A DNA stretch of 64,000 nt from the IMG/VR virus record IMGVR_UViG_3300025009_000076, positions 1 through 64,000 of that record. The stretch is one strand, 5' to 3'. The number at the start of each line of letters is the position of its first letter. Positions within the stretch are counted from its first letter, which is position 1. Below the pieces are notes generated by a model, which did not search any database, was not told the origin of the DNA, and worked only from the letters and a program-made list of their open reading frames with translations. The DNA is from an uncultured virus (IMG/VR IMGVR_UViG_3300025009_000076). Its lineage: Duplodnaviria > Heunggongvirae > Uroviricota > Caudoviricetes. Positions 22,057 to 31,559 of this stretch are shown here, piece by piece. A program made the translations under genes and the position numbers.

Positions 22057-22265
22057 CTATTGAATTTTCTTTATTACTCCTTTTTTATCACGATACTTTT
22101 TAATTATAAAATCAAGAAACTCTTTTTCATATTAAACATTTGCAAACCTAAATCAAATACTTTCTCCCATACTTTCAATAGAGCAATTAATAAAACTCCA
22201 CTGGTGACAATTAAGGATAGTCCAATAGTTACTTTTATTAGGTTATCTATGATTACAATATCCAT
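22057..22265 (-). pseudogene. Small membrane protein with apparent frameshift in an A-run
   Basis: MDIVIIDNLIKVTIGLSLIVTSGVLLIALLKV...; one extra A at 22123-22127 would extend the frame to 22057. Confidence 0.4.
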
Positions 22266-22296
22266 TATTTATACTTCCTTTCAATATTAATTACAT

Positions 22297-22608
22297 TTAA
22301 TCTGCTAATTGACACAACCCTCCTGCGGAACCATATTGCTGTACCCACAAAAACTTTTTCTTAGTTTCCATGTCTTGATAAATTAAAATAGTATAATTAT
22401 TATTATCCCTTTGAGTATAGATGATTTCAAATCTATTATTTGTAAATGTTTGTTTAATTTTTAATTGCTCTTCTTGTTGAATCTTAATCTCCTGTGCTTC
22501 TTTAGTTTTCTGTTGAATTTGTTGTTCTGATATTTGTTGTTGACTGCATCCAATTATTCCAAATAAACTAATAATCACGATGATTAAATTTCTTAACAAT
22601 TTTTTCAT
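22297..22608 (-). CDS. Putative lipoprotein (DUF6440-like C-terminus)
   Basis: Signal peptide with lipobox IIGC; RFEIIYTQ...D.ET..KFLW...GGL. Confidence 0.65.
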   Translation of the reverse strand: MKKLLRNLIIVIISLFGIIGCSQQQISEQQIQQKTKEAQEIKIQQEEQLKIKQTFTNNRFEIIYTQRDNNNYTILIYQDMETKKKFLWVQQYGSAGGLCQLAD

Positions 22609-23193
22609 TTAATTGATTCTCACATCCTCTAAATCTCTTTCAACAATCCTAATCACCTTATAATCAAATATCCCCATAATAAACTGTGCTAATATCTGTA
22701 ATCCAATTAATATATTAATACTTACTTCTAATTTTATTACAACTATTGCTAATGTTGCTCCCATGATCTGTGCTATTGAAACTAAATAACTTTCTTGTGT
22801 TTGATAATTAGTTAAATCATCTCCTTGCCATATTTTATTTATATTTGACTTCATAATGCACATCCATATAGCTGAAGATGTACCATTGAGTATAGAAATT
22901 CCGAAGAATCTTATGTTTATATTATGTAATCCATAAATTGATACAAATAAGAATCCTAAAACATCTAGAATTACAATCAGTAAGAAGAATTTTTGCAATA
23001 ATTCTCTATTCTTTTGTTTCTTTAATATATAATTTATAAGAAAGATTGTGATAATTCCTACCCAATTTACTATAGAATATATGTAAGTGGATACCTGTTG
23101 CATAAAATATATGTTTATTGTAGGTGTTGTTAGAGCGAATAGTAGGCAATTGGTGAATATACCTGTGTATAGATATAGTTTTATGTTTTTGAT
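22609..23193 (-). CDS. Multi-pass membrane protein (probable ATC start)
   Basis: Several hydrophobic helices; open frame extends to ATC after SD AAAGGAGG. Confidence 0.65.
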   Translation of the reverse strand: MKNIKLYLYTGIFTNCLLFALTTPTINIYFMQQVSTYIYSIVNWVGIITIFLINYILKKQKNRELLQKFFLLIVILDVLGFLFVSIYGLHNINIRFFGISILNGTSSAIWMCIMKSNINKIWQGDDLTNYQTQESYLVSIAQIMGATLAIVVIKLEVSINILIGLQILAQFIMGIFDYKVIRIVERDLEDVRIN

Positions 23194-23232
23194 ATAGTGA
23201 TAAACCTCCTTTCTATTAGTTTATTTGTATAA

Positions 23233-23673
23233 TTACCTAAAGAATATCTCAAATGGTTTTAGTTTTTCTTTTAGATTCTTTTCCTTGTTTTTTCTTTCTG
23301 TGGTTTCTATGATTTTTATTTCCATTCTTTTTTCATCAACAAATACTTCTAACTTATTTAAATACTCCTCAATATAATCTACCCAAGCACCATAAATGAG
23401 CCAATCATAATTAATCCCCTCTTTTGTTGTATTCCCGTAAACATGTAATACAGGTATCCCACTGAACCGAAAACACTTATTATTGCGTATTAAACTTAAA
23501 TCTTCTGTCTGATAAACGTAAATGTCTACACCATTATATGGAATATAGTTAAACATTATATTTTTATGTACATAAAGGTCACAGCCCATACCCATTGAAT
23601 CAACTATATCTACTAAGCCAACTACATCTAACAAACCTAAATCTTTTGCTTCCCATAAATACCATAATTTCAA
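23233..23673 (-). CDS. Hypothetical protein
   Basis: SD AGGTGA, TTG start. Confidence 0.6.
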   Translation of the reverse strand: MKLWYLWEAKDLGLLDVVGLVDIVDSMGMGCDLYVHKNIMFNYIPYNGVDIYVYQTEDLSLIRNNKCFRFSGIPVLHVYGNTTKEGINYDWLIYGAWVDYIEEYLNKLEVFVDEKRMEIKIIETTERKNKEKNLKEKLKPFEIFFR

Positions 23674-23855
23674 GAAAATCACCTACTTTGTATTTATTAT
23701 ATTTTATTTATTGGATATTGAGGAAGGGGGTAGGTATATTTTAGTGTGATTTATTGATGTGTAAACCAGACCGCCCTGCACCTCTATATACAGTATACCA
23801 CTTTATTAACCACATGTCAAATAATTTATTTATATATTTATAAAATGTATACAAC

Positions 23856-25475
23856 CTATCTCTTCTTAATAATCCAACTGATCTTATTTGCTTTCACACA
23901 AGTGTGAACATCAAATTTAGTTCTTAATACCTTACCATTAGCCCACCATTCATTCTTTAACCAATCTAATTGCTTTTGAGTTGCAGGTTCATATTTCCAT
24001 TTTGCTTTTCTATCAAGGAATGTAGAATATTTCCTTGAAGCATATTTTTCTGATTCTTCAATGAGATTAATTAAATTATCATCCTCAGACACATATTCTT
24101 TTCTATTAACTTTATTTGTGGTATCAACAATGAATAATTCAAATATATTCTCTTTTATATTCTTATAAATTACATAATGTAAATCAGAATTTATAGACAA
24201 TGCAAACGTATCTCTATCACACTTATACCAATCATAATAACTTTCAGAGAAATACTCACTCATATTTGCCTTAAATAGTTTTAATTCTTCTGCAATTAAT
24301 GCCAATCTCTCTATTTCTTTTTGTTTTGCTAATTCTTCTCTTTCTAATTTCTCTGCCTTATTCTTTTCTTCACGTTCGATTGCTTCAGTTAAAGTTTCTT
24401 GATCTTTAATTTCTACACCAAATATATCTGTCATTGTCATTAAGTCATGTTTACGCACAATATCAACTACATCAATGATTAGACAATTGGATTTGCCTTC
24501 TGAGGTTCTAAGTCCTCTTCCAATTATTTGGGTATAGAGGATTTTAGATTTCATGGGGCGACATAGCAAAATACAGTCACATGGAGGATAGTCGAATCCT
24601 AAAGTTAGAATTCCAACATTTACAATAACTGGAATTTTACCTGACTTAAAATTATTAATAACTAATTCTCTTTGTTTATCTTCAATAGTAGAATCAATAT
24701 ACTCACAAACGATATTATTATCCTTAAACTTTTGGCATATATCTCTGGCATGAGCAATACCTGAAGCAAATACTATTGTTGCTTTTCTATCTGAAGCATA
24801 TTTTATATAAGATTCTACTACAAGATCATTTCTAGTTTCTGTATTTACAGTATCTTCTAATTGTCTCTGATTAAATTCTCCTGCGATTGTTTTTACATTA
24901 GATAAATCTGTATCAGAATGAACATATATTGCTTTTGGCTCACATAAGTAATTGCTTTTAATCATTTCCAATATAGACTTTTCATAGATTATTCCGTGGA
25001 ACACTTTCTTCATATCCTCATTAAAAGGTGTAGCTGTTAGACCGACTACCTTTATATTCGGATTCAATTTATCTAATATCTTTTTAATTTGTCCTACTGA
25101 ACTGTGACATTCATCAAAGAATACTAATTCAAAATCACCATATTCAGACATCTTTTCTAATCTAGTAGATTTAGAATGTGTGAGCGATTGACGGGTAGCT
25201 ACAACAATTTTATTAGACACCATATTTAATGATGCTTGTACTGATCCAACATCTAAATCAGGATTTGTATTGTAAAGTTTCTCAACAGTTTGCTCACGAA
25301 GTTCCTGTGATTGGACTACAATCAAACACCTAGACTTTACTTCATTTGCTATTGCAGATACTATTACCGTCTTTCCGGTGCCAGTAGAAAGTGATAGAAT
25401 ACCATTAAAATTTGGTTTCAGATTTTTTACTGCTTCTATTGCTTCTAATTGATATGGTCTTAATTCATATGCCAT
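23856..25475 (-). CDS. SF2 DEAD/DEAH-box helicase (ResIII-like)
   Basis: LRPYQ, TGTGKT, DECH, TATP, GFD.P, Q.IGRGLR. Confidence 0.9.
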   Translation of the reverse strand: MAYELRPYQLEAIEAVKNLKPNFNGILSLSTGTGKTVIVSAIANEVKSRCLIVVQSQELREQTVEKLYNTNPDLDVGSVQASLNMVSNKIVVATRQSLTHSKSTRLEKMSEYGDFELVFFDECHSSVGQIKKILDKLNPNIKVVGLTATPFNEDMKKVFHGIIYEKSILEMIKSNYLCEPKAIYVHSDTDLSNVKTIAGEFNQRQLEDTVNTETRNDLVVESYIKYASDRKATIVFASGIAHARDICQKFKDNNIVCEYIDSTIEDKQRELVINNFKSGKIPVIVNVGILTLGFDYPPCDCILLCRPMKSKILYTQIIGRGLRTSEGKSNCLIIDVVDIVRKHDLMTMTDIFGVEIKDQETLTEAIEREEKNKAEKLEREELAKQKEIERLALIAEELKLFKANMSEYFSESYYDWYKCDRDTFALSINSDLHYVIYKNIKENIFELFIVDTTNKVNRKEYVSEDDNLINLIEESEKYASRKYSTFLDRKAKWKYEPATQKQLDWLKNEWWANGKVLRTKFDVHTCVKANKISWIIKKR

Positions 25476-25666
25476 TTATTATTTTCTCCTTCAAAGTCAT
25501 TTTATTTATTTTATAATTCAATTGTGGAAGGTGCAACGCACCGACACCCAAGGGAAATGCTCCCACGCTGGCATTTCGCTTGTATACGTTCCTGCTCTCG
25601 TTGGGTTCTCTTTAATTGTTGTTAATATGTACGCACTATATCTCATTGTTTTATCTCCTTTATATT

Positions 25667-26281
25667 TTACACTAGATAATTACCTTTTTTTACAGTATGT
25701 GTTTTAAACCATTCTCTAACAAAAGTATTGCTTTTCTTTAAGCCATTAAGAATGCCAGTATCTAACTCACTTTCTAATAATAAATCTTTAGCCTTTACTG
25801 ACATACCACTTATTTGAACATCTAACCAATTCTTAAATTTTGTATATGCAATCCCTTTATTAATTCTGGAATCTGCTTTGTTTTCTTGGTATTTAATAGT
25901 ATTCTTAGTTATATCATTTTCTATTTTTATCATTGCAATATATTCATCTTTATTCATCCATTCTATAATTGGTAATTGTATTGTCAAAGCATCTTCAGTT
26001 TTAAAATCATCATTATACTTTGGTTTATAAATATTTATTAAATATGGTTCATAAACATTTACATCAGCATGACTATTCAATTCACATATTTCTATCCTAT
26101 CTATTGAATCATAGCATTCCTTACCAAGATGTCCATTACAAGAATGTTGATTGAATCTTAATTGTGGATTAATTGAACAAGTTTTACCAATGTATATTAT
26201 TTCATTGTTTCTGTCTATAAATTTGTATATACAATATCTCATTTTCATTGTTATATCTCTCCTTTTAATTTCTATCCCCAT
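25667..26281 (-). CDS. GIY-YIG nuclease whose C-terminal domain is shared with the upstream helicase-like gene
   Basis: CIYKF...IYIGKT..R..QH, E.YLIN.YKPKYN. Confidence 0.75.
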   Translation of the reverse strand: MGIEIKRRDITMKMRYCIYKFIDRNNEIIYIGKTCSINPQLRFNQHSCNGHLGKECYDSIDRIEICELNSHADVNVYEPYLINIYKPKYNDDFKTEDALTIQLPIIEWMNKDEYIAMIKIENDITKNTIKYQENKADSRINKGIAYTKFKNWLDVQISGMSVKAKDLLLESELDTGILNGLKKSNTFVREWFKTHTVKKGNYLV

Positions 26282-26324
26282 AATATCCTATTATAGTTCT
26301 ATAGGGGAAATGGGGGATAGATTT

Positions 26325-28478
26325 TTACACTAAATAATTTCCTCTCTTAACTGTATGTTTTTTAAACCAATCTTTAACAAATGCATTACTACTTTTTACT
26401 TTGTCTAATTCCTTAGATTCCAATTCACTCTCTAATAATAACTCCTTTGTTTTAACTTCTCTACCTACTATTTGTACATCCAACCAATCTTTAAATTTTG
26501 TATATGCTATTCCTTTATTCTTCCTACCATCTGCTTTACTCTCTTTAAATTCCACCAACTCATCATCTATAACATTAATTAATTCTCCCTTTCTAGGAAA
26601 CAATTGCTCTATCATTTTTAATATGATACTCTTTATTGCAAATACATGACAAACTATTTTATCATTACAACTATATTTTCTTAATTTTGTTCTATGAATT
26701 TCTTGATAAAAATCTGTTACCATTGTAAAGTATTTATATTTATTTAATGGTTCATATCCAAATTCCCAATTCTTATAATTTGTACCATAATCATCACCAT
26801 TATATTCTGTTTTGCTTCTATCTTTAACTTCTAATTTTTCACTCATTTGTATTGCTTTTTCTAAATTAGAACATTTACTTATTATTCCCTCCCAATCAAC
26901 ATATGTAGATAACCATTGAATGACATATTCAAAATCAGGCATTGTATGCCATCCTAACATAAACATATTAACACATTCTTGCATATTATTATTGCCCTTT
27001 GTACTATTATAATAATATACTTCAAAGTCATTAGGAGTAGGAATATAATCTAAGTGCTTTAATTGCCCATATAAATCACTTGCTACTCTTTGATATGTTA
27101 CTACATAAGTTTTCTTAGTAAATCCAATTCTCATCTTATTATTAATAAATGATGCACAAGCATTAACTAAATGATTCTTTTCTCTAAATGTTGTCTGAGT
27201 TAATTTATGTTTATTATATACATTTATTGTAAGATTATCATATGATCTTGTATTTTCTATGTCTAGATACTTTATACTACCTTTATTATACATTCCTAAA
27301 TACTGAGGATCATACAGAGCAGTACCATCAAATATTATTGTTTTGAATGTTTTACAGTATAATTCCTTCAAGTCCCTACTGCCTATTGTACATATAAATT
27401 CTATATTCTTTTGATAGACATAGAAACCTCCCAATGTTAGTATTGTATGTATATGTTCAAGTTCTCTTTTATTCTCAAATCTCATATATTTATCCCATAA
27501 AGTCATAAACTCTAAATCATTTTTACAAATCATGTCATTATTAATATTGGATACTATAAATCTTTTGTGTTCACTTCCTCTTAATCTTTGCATTTTAGTA
27601 TTTATTGTGTCAGATATTTCTTTAAACTTATTTTCCAATGTAGTTTTATCTTCAGTGGTATTATAACTTAATTTACTCAATGTTGTAGATATTTTGTTCA
27701 GGAGTTCCTTACTTACTTTTACAACATCTAATACATCTGGACGCTCATCAATAAGTAATATCGTTCTAGTACCATTCTCCCAATCCTTATATTTAATAAT
27801 ACTATCTGCACATTCTCTTAGTCTGGCATTGGTGATTAATAATATAGGGAATTTCTCTTGTTCTTTTTGTTGCTTACTGATTTTACATTTAGAAAAGAAA
27901 TTACAATTATTAGGAGTGCAAACTTTAGCATCAGATTGTTTAATCTTTTTGTTAATACATATATCTTTATTCCAACCTTCTAATATGTATGTGTATCCAT
28001 CTAAATTTATATGCTTTAGATATTCAACTGTATTTCTTAAACTTTCTAATCTATCAGTTACAATTATTATTCCATCAGTAGATTCCTTATTTATATGAAG
28101 AGAAATTATCTTTTGTAATATTTCAGATGTAATACTGCTCTTACCAAATCCGCAAGGAGCTGGTATTACAGTAATTATATCTTCTATTAATTCACCAAAT
28201 ATTATTTTAGATGTCTCATTAGCAAAGTTAATTTGTTCAGTAGTTAAACCTCCTCTTGATTCAAATGTATTAATAAAGTTATTTGTTATATCAGTGGCGA
28301 TTAATTCTAATTCAGGAGTAATAGTTACTATTTCATTTGCTGTGTAGACTTCTTTGGATAATTTTATTACTTCATTTAATCTATTGTCTCCATCAAGTAA
28401 GAGTTTGTTATTTTCATGATTTAATATTTTATATTTGTAATTATAATCTAGGTCTTTGATTAAATTAATTTCTCTCAT
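26325..28478 (-). CDS. Divergent helicase-like P-loop protein (possible replication/origin-binding protein)
   Basis: APCGFGKS Walker A, LLIDE Walker B, IFDGTA, KG.N. Confidence 0.7.
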   Translation of the reverse strand: MREINLIKDLDYNYKYKILNHENNKLLLDGDNRLNEVIKLSKEVYTANEIVTITPELELIATDITNNFINTFESRGGLTTEQINFANETSKIIFGELIEDIITVIPAPCGFGKSSITSEILQKIISLHINKESTDGIIIVTDRLESLRNTVEYLKHINLDGYTYILEGWNKDICINKKIKQSDAKVCTPNNCNFFSKCKISKQQKEQEKFPILLITNARLRECADSIIKYKDWENGTRTILLIDERPDVLDVVKVSKELLNKISTTLSKLSYNTTEDKTTLENKFKEISDTINTKMQRLRGSEHKRFIVSNINNDMICKNDLEFMTLWDKYMRFENKRELEHIHTILTLGGFYVYQKNIEFICTIGSRDLKELYCKTFKTIIFDGTALYDPQYLGMYNKGSIKYLDIENTRSYDNLTINVYNKHKLTQTTFREKNHLVNACASFINNKMRIGFTKKTYVVTYQRVASDLYGQLKHLDYIPTPNDFEVYYYNSTKGNNNMQECVNMFMLGWHTMPDFEYVIQWLSTYVDWEGIISKCSNLEKAIQMSEKLEVKDRSKTEYNGDDYGTNYKNWEFGYEPLNKYKYFTMVTDFYQEIHRTKLRKYSCNDKIVCHVFAIKSIILKMIEQLFPRKGELINVIDDELVEFKESKADGRKNKGIAYTKFKDWLDVQIVGREVKTKELLLESELESKELDKVKSSNAFVKDWFKKHTVKRGNYLV

Positions 28479-28508
28479 TAAGTATTATTCCTTTCATAAT
28501 CATTGTAT

Positions 28509-28736
28509 CTACATTTTTCTATTGCACCAATCTGTGAATGCATTTGTTAACTCATCATTTTTAAGGAATTGTACAAATACATTCTTTTGACTGCTAAGAC
28601 CTACTCTATAAGGAGCAATTCCTTTATGGAAGTAGAATTCTGCTTGTATGAGATTGTAGATAAAAATGAATTTATTATTATTTTGTTTAGATGTAGTTGT
28701 GTTTGTTTGATTTTCAATCTTAATGTTCCCAATCAT
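28509..28736 (-). CDS. Small protein, paralog of 8781..8960
   Basis: SD GGAGG; IYNLIQAEFY..KG. Confidence 0.7.
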   Translation of the reverse strand: MIGNIKIENQTNTTTSKQNNNKFIFIYNLIQAEFYFHKGIAPYRVGLSSQKNVFVQFLKNDELTNAFTDWCNRKM

Positions 28737-29045
28737 TTTAAGTCCTCCAATTTATTTGATATTTATAATTTGATTTAATTTGACATTAGAAGGAAACGAA
28801 AATATTAATTGTTCTTCACAAGTTCATCTCAATTAATATTTTATGCTATATAGAATAATAATTTTATTTTTATACTTATGTAAAACCACTAGCAATAATA
28901 TTAATTTGTATATGCAATAGAAAATGTAATAGAATTATCAATATATTTCCTCCTTCTGAATTTATTTCATATTTATCCCTTACCTATATTGTACCACTTT
29001 ATATTCTATATGTCAAGCATTTTTATTTATATATTTATAGAAGAA

Positions 29046-29339
29046 TTAATCCATATTAATCAAATACTCAATATACTTTTTCATCTCAATCTTTACTGCT
29101 AGTCTAACTTGATCAACTCCATGACCAGATTCTACATGATATATTTCAGTAGATATATTTTGTCTGAATGGTTTAGGTATTTGTGAACTGATTTCTCTCC
29201 ATTTAGATTTACCTTTATTGAAGGAATATGTACAGAATATATTGTTTAGGATGTAATCAAAATCTTGAGCAATGGAATAGACATTGGATATGGATTTGAG
29301 TTGTGATTTATAGTTAGAGAATTGGTTAAGATTGTTCAT
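29046..29339 (-). CDS. Hypothetical protein
   Basis: SD AAGGAGG. Confidence 0.65.
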   Translation of the reverse strand: MNNLNQFSNYKSQLKSISNVYSIAQDFDYILNNIFCTYSFNKGKSKWREISSQIPKPFRQNISTEIYHVESGHGVDQVRLAVKIEMKKYIEYLINMD

Positions 29340-29438
29340 TGTGTTTCCTCCTTTGCTTTTTATAGAAGAATTTCAATCTAACAACCTAATGAAAGTTATT
29401 AGATTGAAACTATCAAAACAAAAAAATTAATTATGTAA

Positions 29439-29663
29439 TTAAATTTCTCCATTGATTTCATTTTCTGTACACCAATCTAAAAATTCATCCTCTAATTTAG
29501 TTATACTATCCTCTACCTCTTCCTCAGACATTCCATTAATAATAGAATCTTCATAAATATCTTCTTTAGTTTTATAACCATTAACTTTTAACCAAACACT
29601 AAAATCAGAATACTTTTCTCTATCAATTGTACGAACCATGACTCCATCAATATATTCTTCCAT
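29439..29663 (-). CDS. Small acidic protein
   Basis: SD GAGG, own promoter. Confidence 0.65.
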   Translation of the reverse strand: MEEYIDGVMVRTIDREKYSDFSVWLKVNGYKTKEDIYEDSIINGMSEEEVEDSITKLEDEFLDWCTENEINGEI

Positions 29664-29762
29664 TTTGTGTAGCCTCTTTCTGTTAAGTATTGATTCTTGA
29701 TTATATTATACACTTATTACTTTGTAGATGCAATAAGTGTATAATATTATTTGTTGATTTGA

Positions 29763-31031
29763 TTAGAATAAAGCACATCCAGATAGTTTAAATTCATTTA
29801 TATATGTATTCCATTGTTCTTTATCAATTTCTAAATATTCCATAAGATGTTTTTTGCAAAAATAATCATCCATATTTCTACCTAGTAACTTTAAATTCAT
29901 TGCTATATCGTCATTTTTGTTTACCTTTTTATCACATATTTTGCATTTATGATTGAAGTATTTTTCTACTATATCAATATTAACTCCCTTATGTTCTGCA
30001 AATTCATTAATAACTTCCAAAGTTGGTTCTGATCTTAATAATCCTCCATTCCAACAGAGATGATATTCTTTTATTGTGCAGTTTAATTTAGTCCATTTTT
30101 GATTATCAATAAAGTCATTGTTTAATATATCATGCCATCTCTTATACATACTAGGATACCAATATTTATCTAGTACCCAAGTTGTTTTAGTATAATTTGG
30201 GCAAGCTATAGCACAGCCAACCCTAGAATAACCTTTTTTATATTTAGGATTAATATCAATTTGTTTCCATAATGTGTATAACCATATTTGTTCTTCGTTC
30301 CATTTGCGAATAGGAAGTACACCTTCCCATTGACGATTACCCCATTTTTCATTTTTCCATTCATCCGTATATCCAGAACGACTCGTTGATTCTTCATTTC
30401 TCATTCCTAAGAAGAATAAATACTTTATATCTTTGTCTAGATAATCCATAGTGGATTTTTCTTTCAACAATGTACAACATGCACGACTTAATCTTGTGGG
30501 GATAAATTGAATTCTTTTACTCCATTGATAAAATCCTTCCTTTGGATTGATTATTTCTACATTATTCATTGTCTTAACAAATTTATATGTATCAGCAGAG
30601 TCCAATGATGTATTATTAAATATTTTTCTAGAATTTATGACTTTATCAACCAGATAAGAAGTTGCTTGGCTATCCTTACCTGTAGATGTTAGTGTAATTG
30701 GACTATACCACTCATACTTTTCAATGCTATTTTTAATTAACTCGATACTCTCATTCTCTAATTCTACTAATTTGTCCTTATTTCTCTCCATTGTTTCCTC
30801 CCAAGATTCAATCTCATAAGTTTCCTTCTTATAATCAGTAGCAGTAATATTTAATTCATCATCAATATGAATTCTTAAAACTTTGTGAATTTTTCCTTCA
30901 ACATCATAACATTTAATAATTGATCTATCTAACCAATAATATCCCTCAACTAAATTATATTTATTAATATCTACGCCTTTATCTTTTAAGAATCCCAAAT
31001 ACTCATTAAATACTAAATTCAATACATACAC
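29763..31031 (-). CDS. PAPS reductase / DndC-family PP-loop protein
   Basis: STGKDS, RACCTLLK, GMRNEES..R, GYSRVGC..CP. Confidence 0.85.
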   Translation of the reverse strand: MYVLNLVFNEYLGFLKDKGVDINKYNLVEGYYWLDRSIIKCYDVEGKIHKVLRIHIDDELNITATDYKKETYEIESWEETMERNKDKLVELENESIELIKNSIEKYEWYSPITLTSTGKDSQATSYLVDKVINSRKIFNNTSLDSADTYKFVKTMNNVEIINPKEGFYQWSKRIQFIPTRLSRACCTLLKEKSTMDYLDKDIKYLFFLGMRNEESTSRSGYTDEWKNEKWGNRQWEGVLPIRKWNEEQIWLYTLWKQIDINPKYKKGYSRVGCAIACPNYTKTTWVLDKYWYPSMYKRWHDILNNDFIDNQKWTKLNCTIKEYHLCWNGGLLRSEPTLEVINEFAEHKGVNIDIVEKYFNHKCKICDKKVNKNDDIAMNLKLLGRNMDDYFCKKHLMEYLEIDKEQWNTYINEFKLSGCALF

Positions 31032-31225
31032 CTTATTTATTTACATTAAGCAAATAAATAAGGAAAACATAACTAATTACCCAAACTGTGGCTTTTACAT
31101 GTAAAGCATACGCAATACACCACAATGCAAATGGTATATGTTTTTATGTTTCTCACACATTTTTATACGGCATCCTTACGCATCGGATTTGTAAGATTAT
31201 TGATTGCTCTATTCTCAATGCCGAT

Positions 31226-31468
31226 TTAACAACCAGTTATATCTGGATCGTATGTATTGAAATGGATGGAAGTTTGTTCAATTTCTAATAATTTAAATAT
31301 CCAATAATATTTATCATTGCGATAGTCTATATTAGTTATTTTATTAGGGTTGTGTCTGTTATTTCTTATTTCTTGTGTAAATGCATCTGTGATGGTTATT
31401 CCTTGATTGAGATTATGAATGACATTTTTACAATTGTTGTCATTAAATTTTGCTGTGTGGTTTTTTAC
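31226..31468 (-). CDS. Hypothetical protein (start uncertain)
   Basis: SD GAAAGGAG downstream of the promoter at 31526-31555. Confidence 0.45.
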   Translation of the reverse strand, partial: VKNHTAKFNDNNCKNVIHNLNQGITITDAFTQEIRNNRHNPNKITNIDYRNDKYYWIFKLLEIEQTSIHFNTYDPDITGC

Positions 31469-31559
31469 TATTATAATTCTCATCTCCTTTCTAGGTAAAT
31501 AATTTACAGATTTGTACCTGTGAATATTGTAACACAGATTAATAAGTTTTGTCAAGGAA

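Noticed and set aside
29763..31031. Complete Dnd/Ssp phosphorothioation system
   Set aside because: Only the DndC-like gene is present.
7510..31288. Plus-strand track ORFs in the left arm (e.g. 7510, 8698, 10931, 11496, 14560, 17181, 17917, 20032, 21913, 25522, 26151, 26401, 27694, 28569, 31088)
   Set aside because: Antisense shadows of real genes or intergenic noise; no SD; atypical composition.
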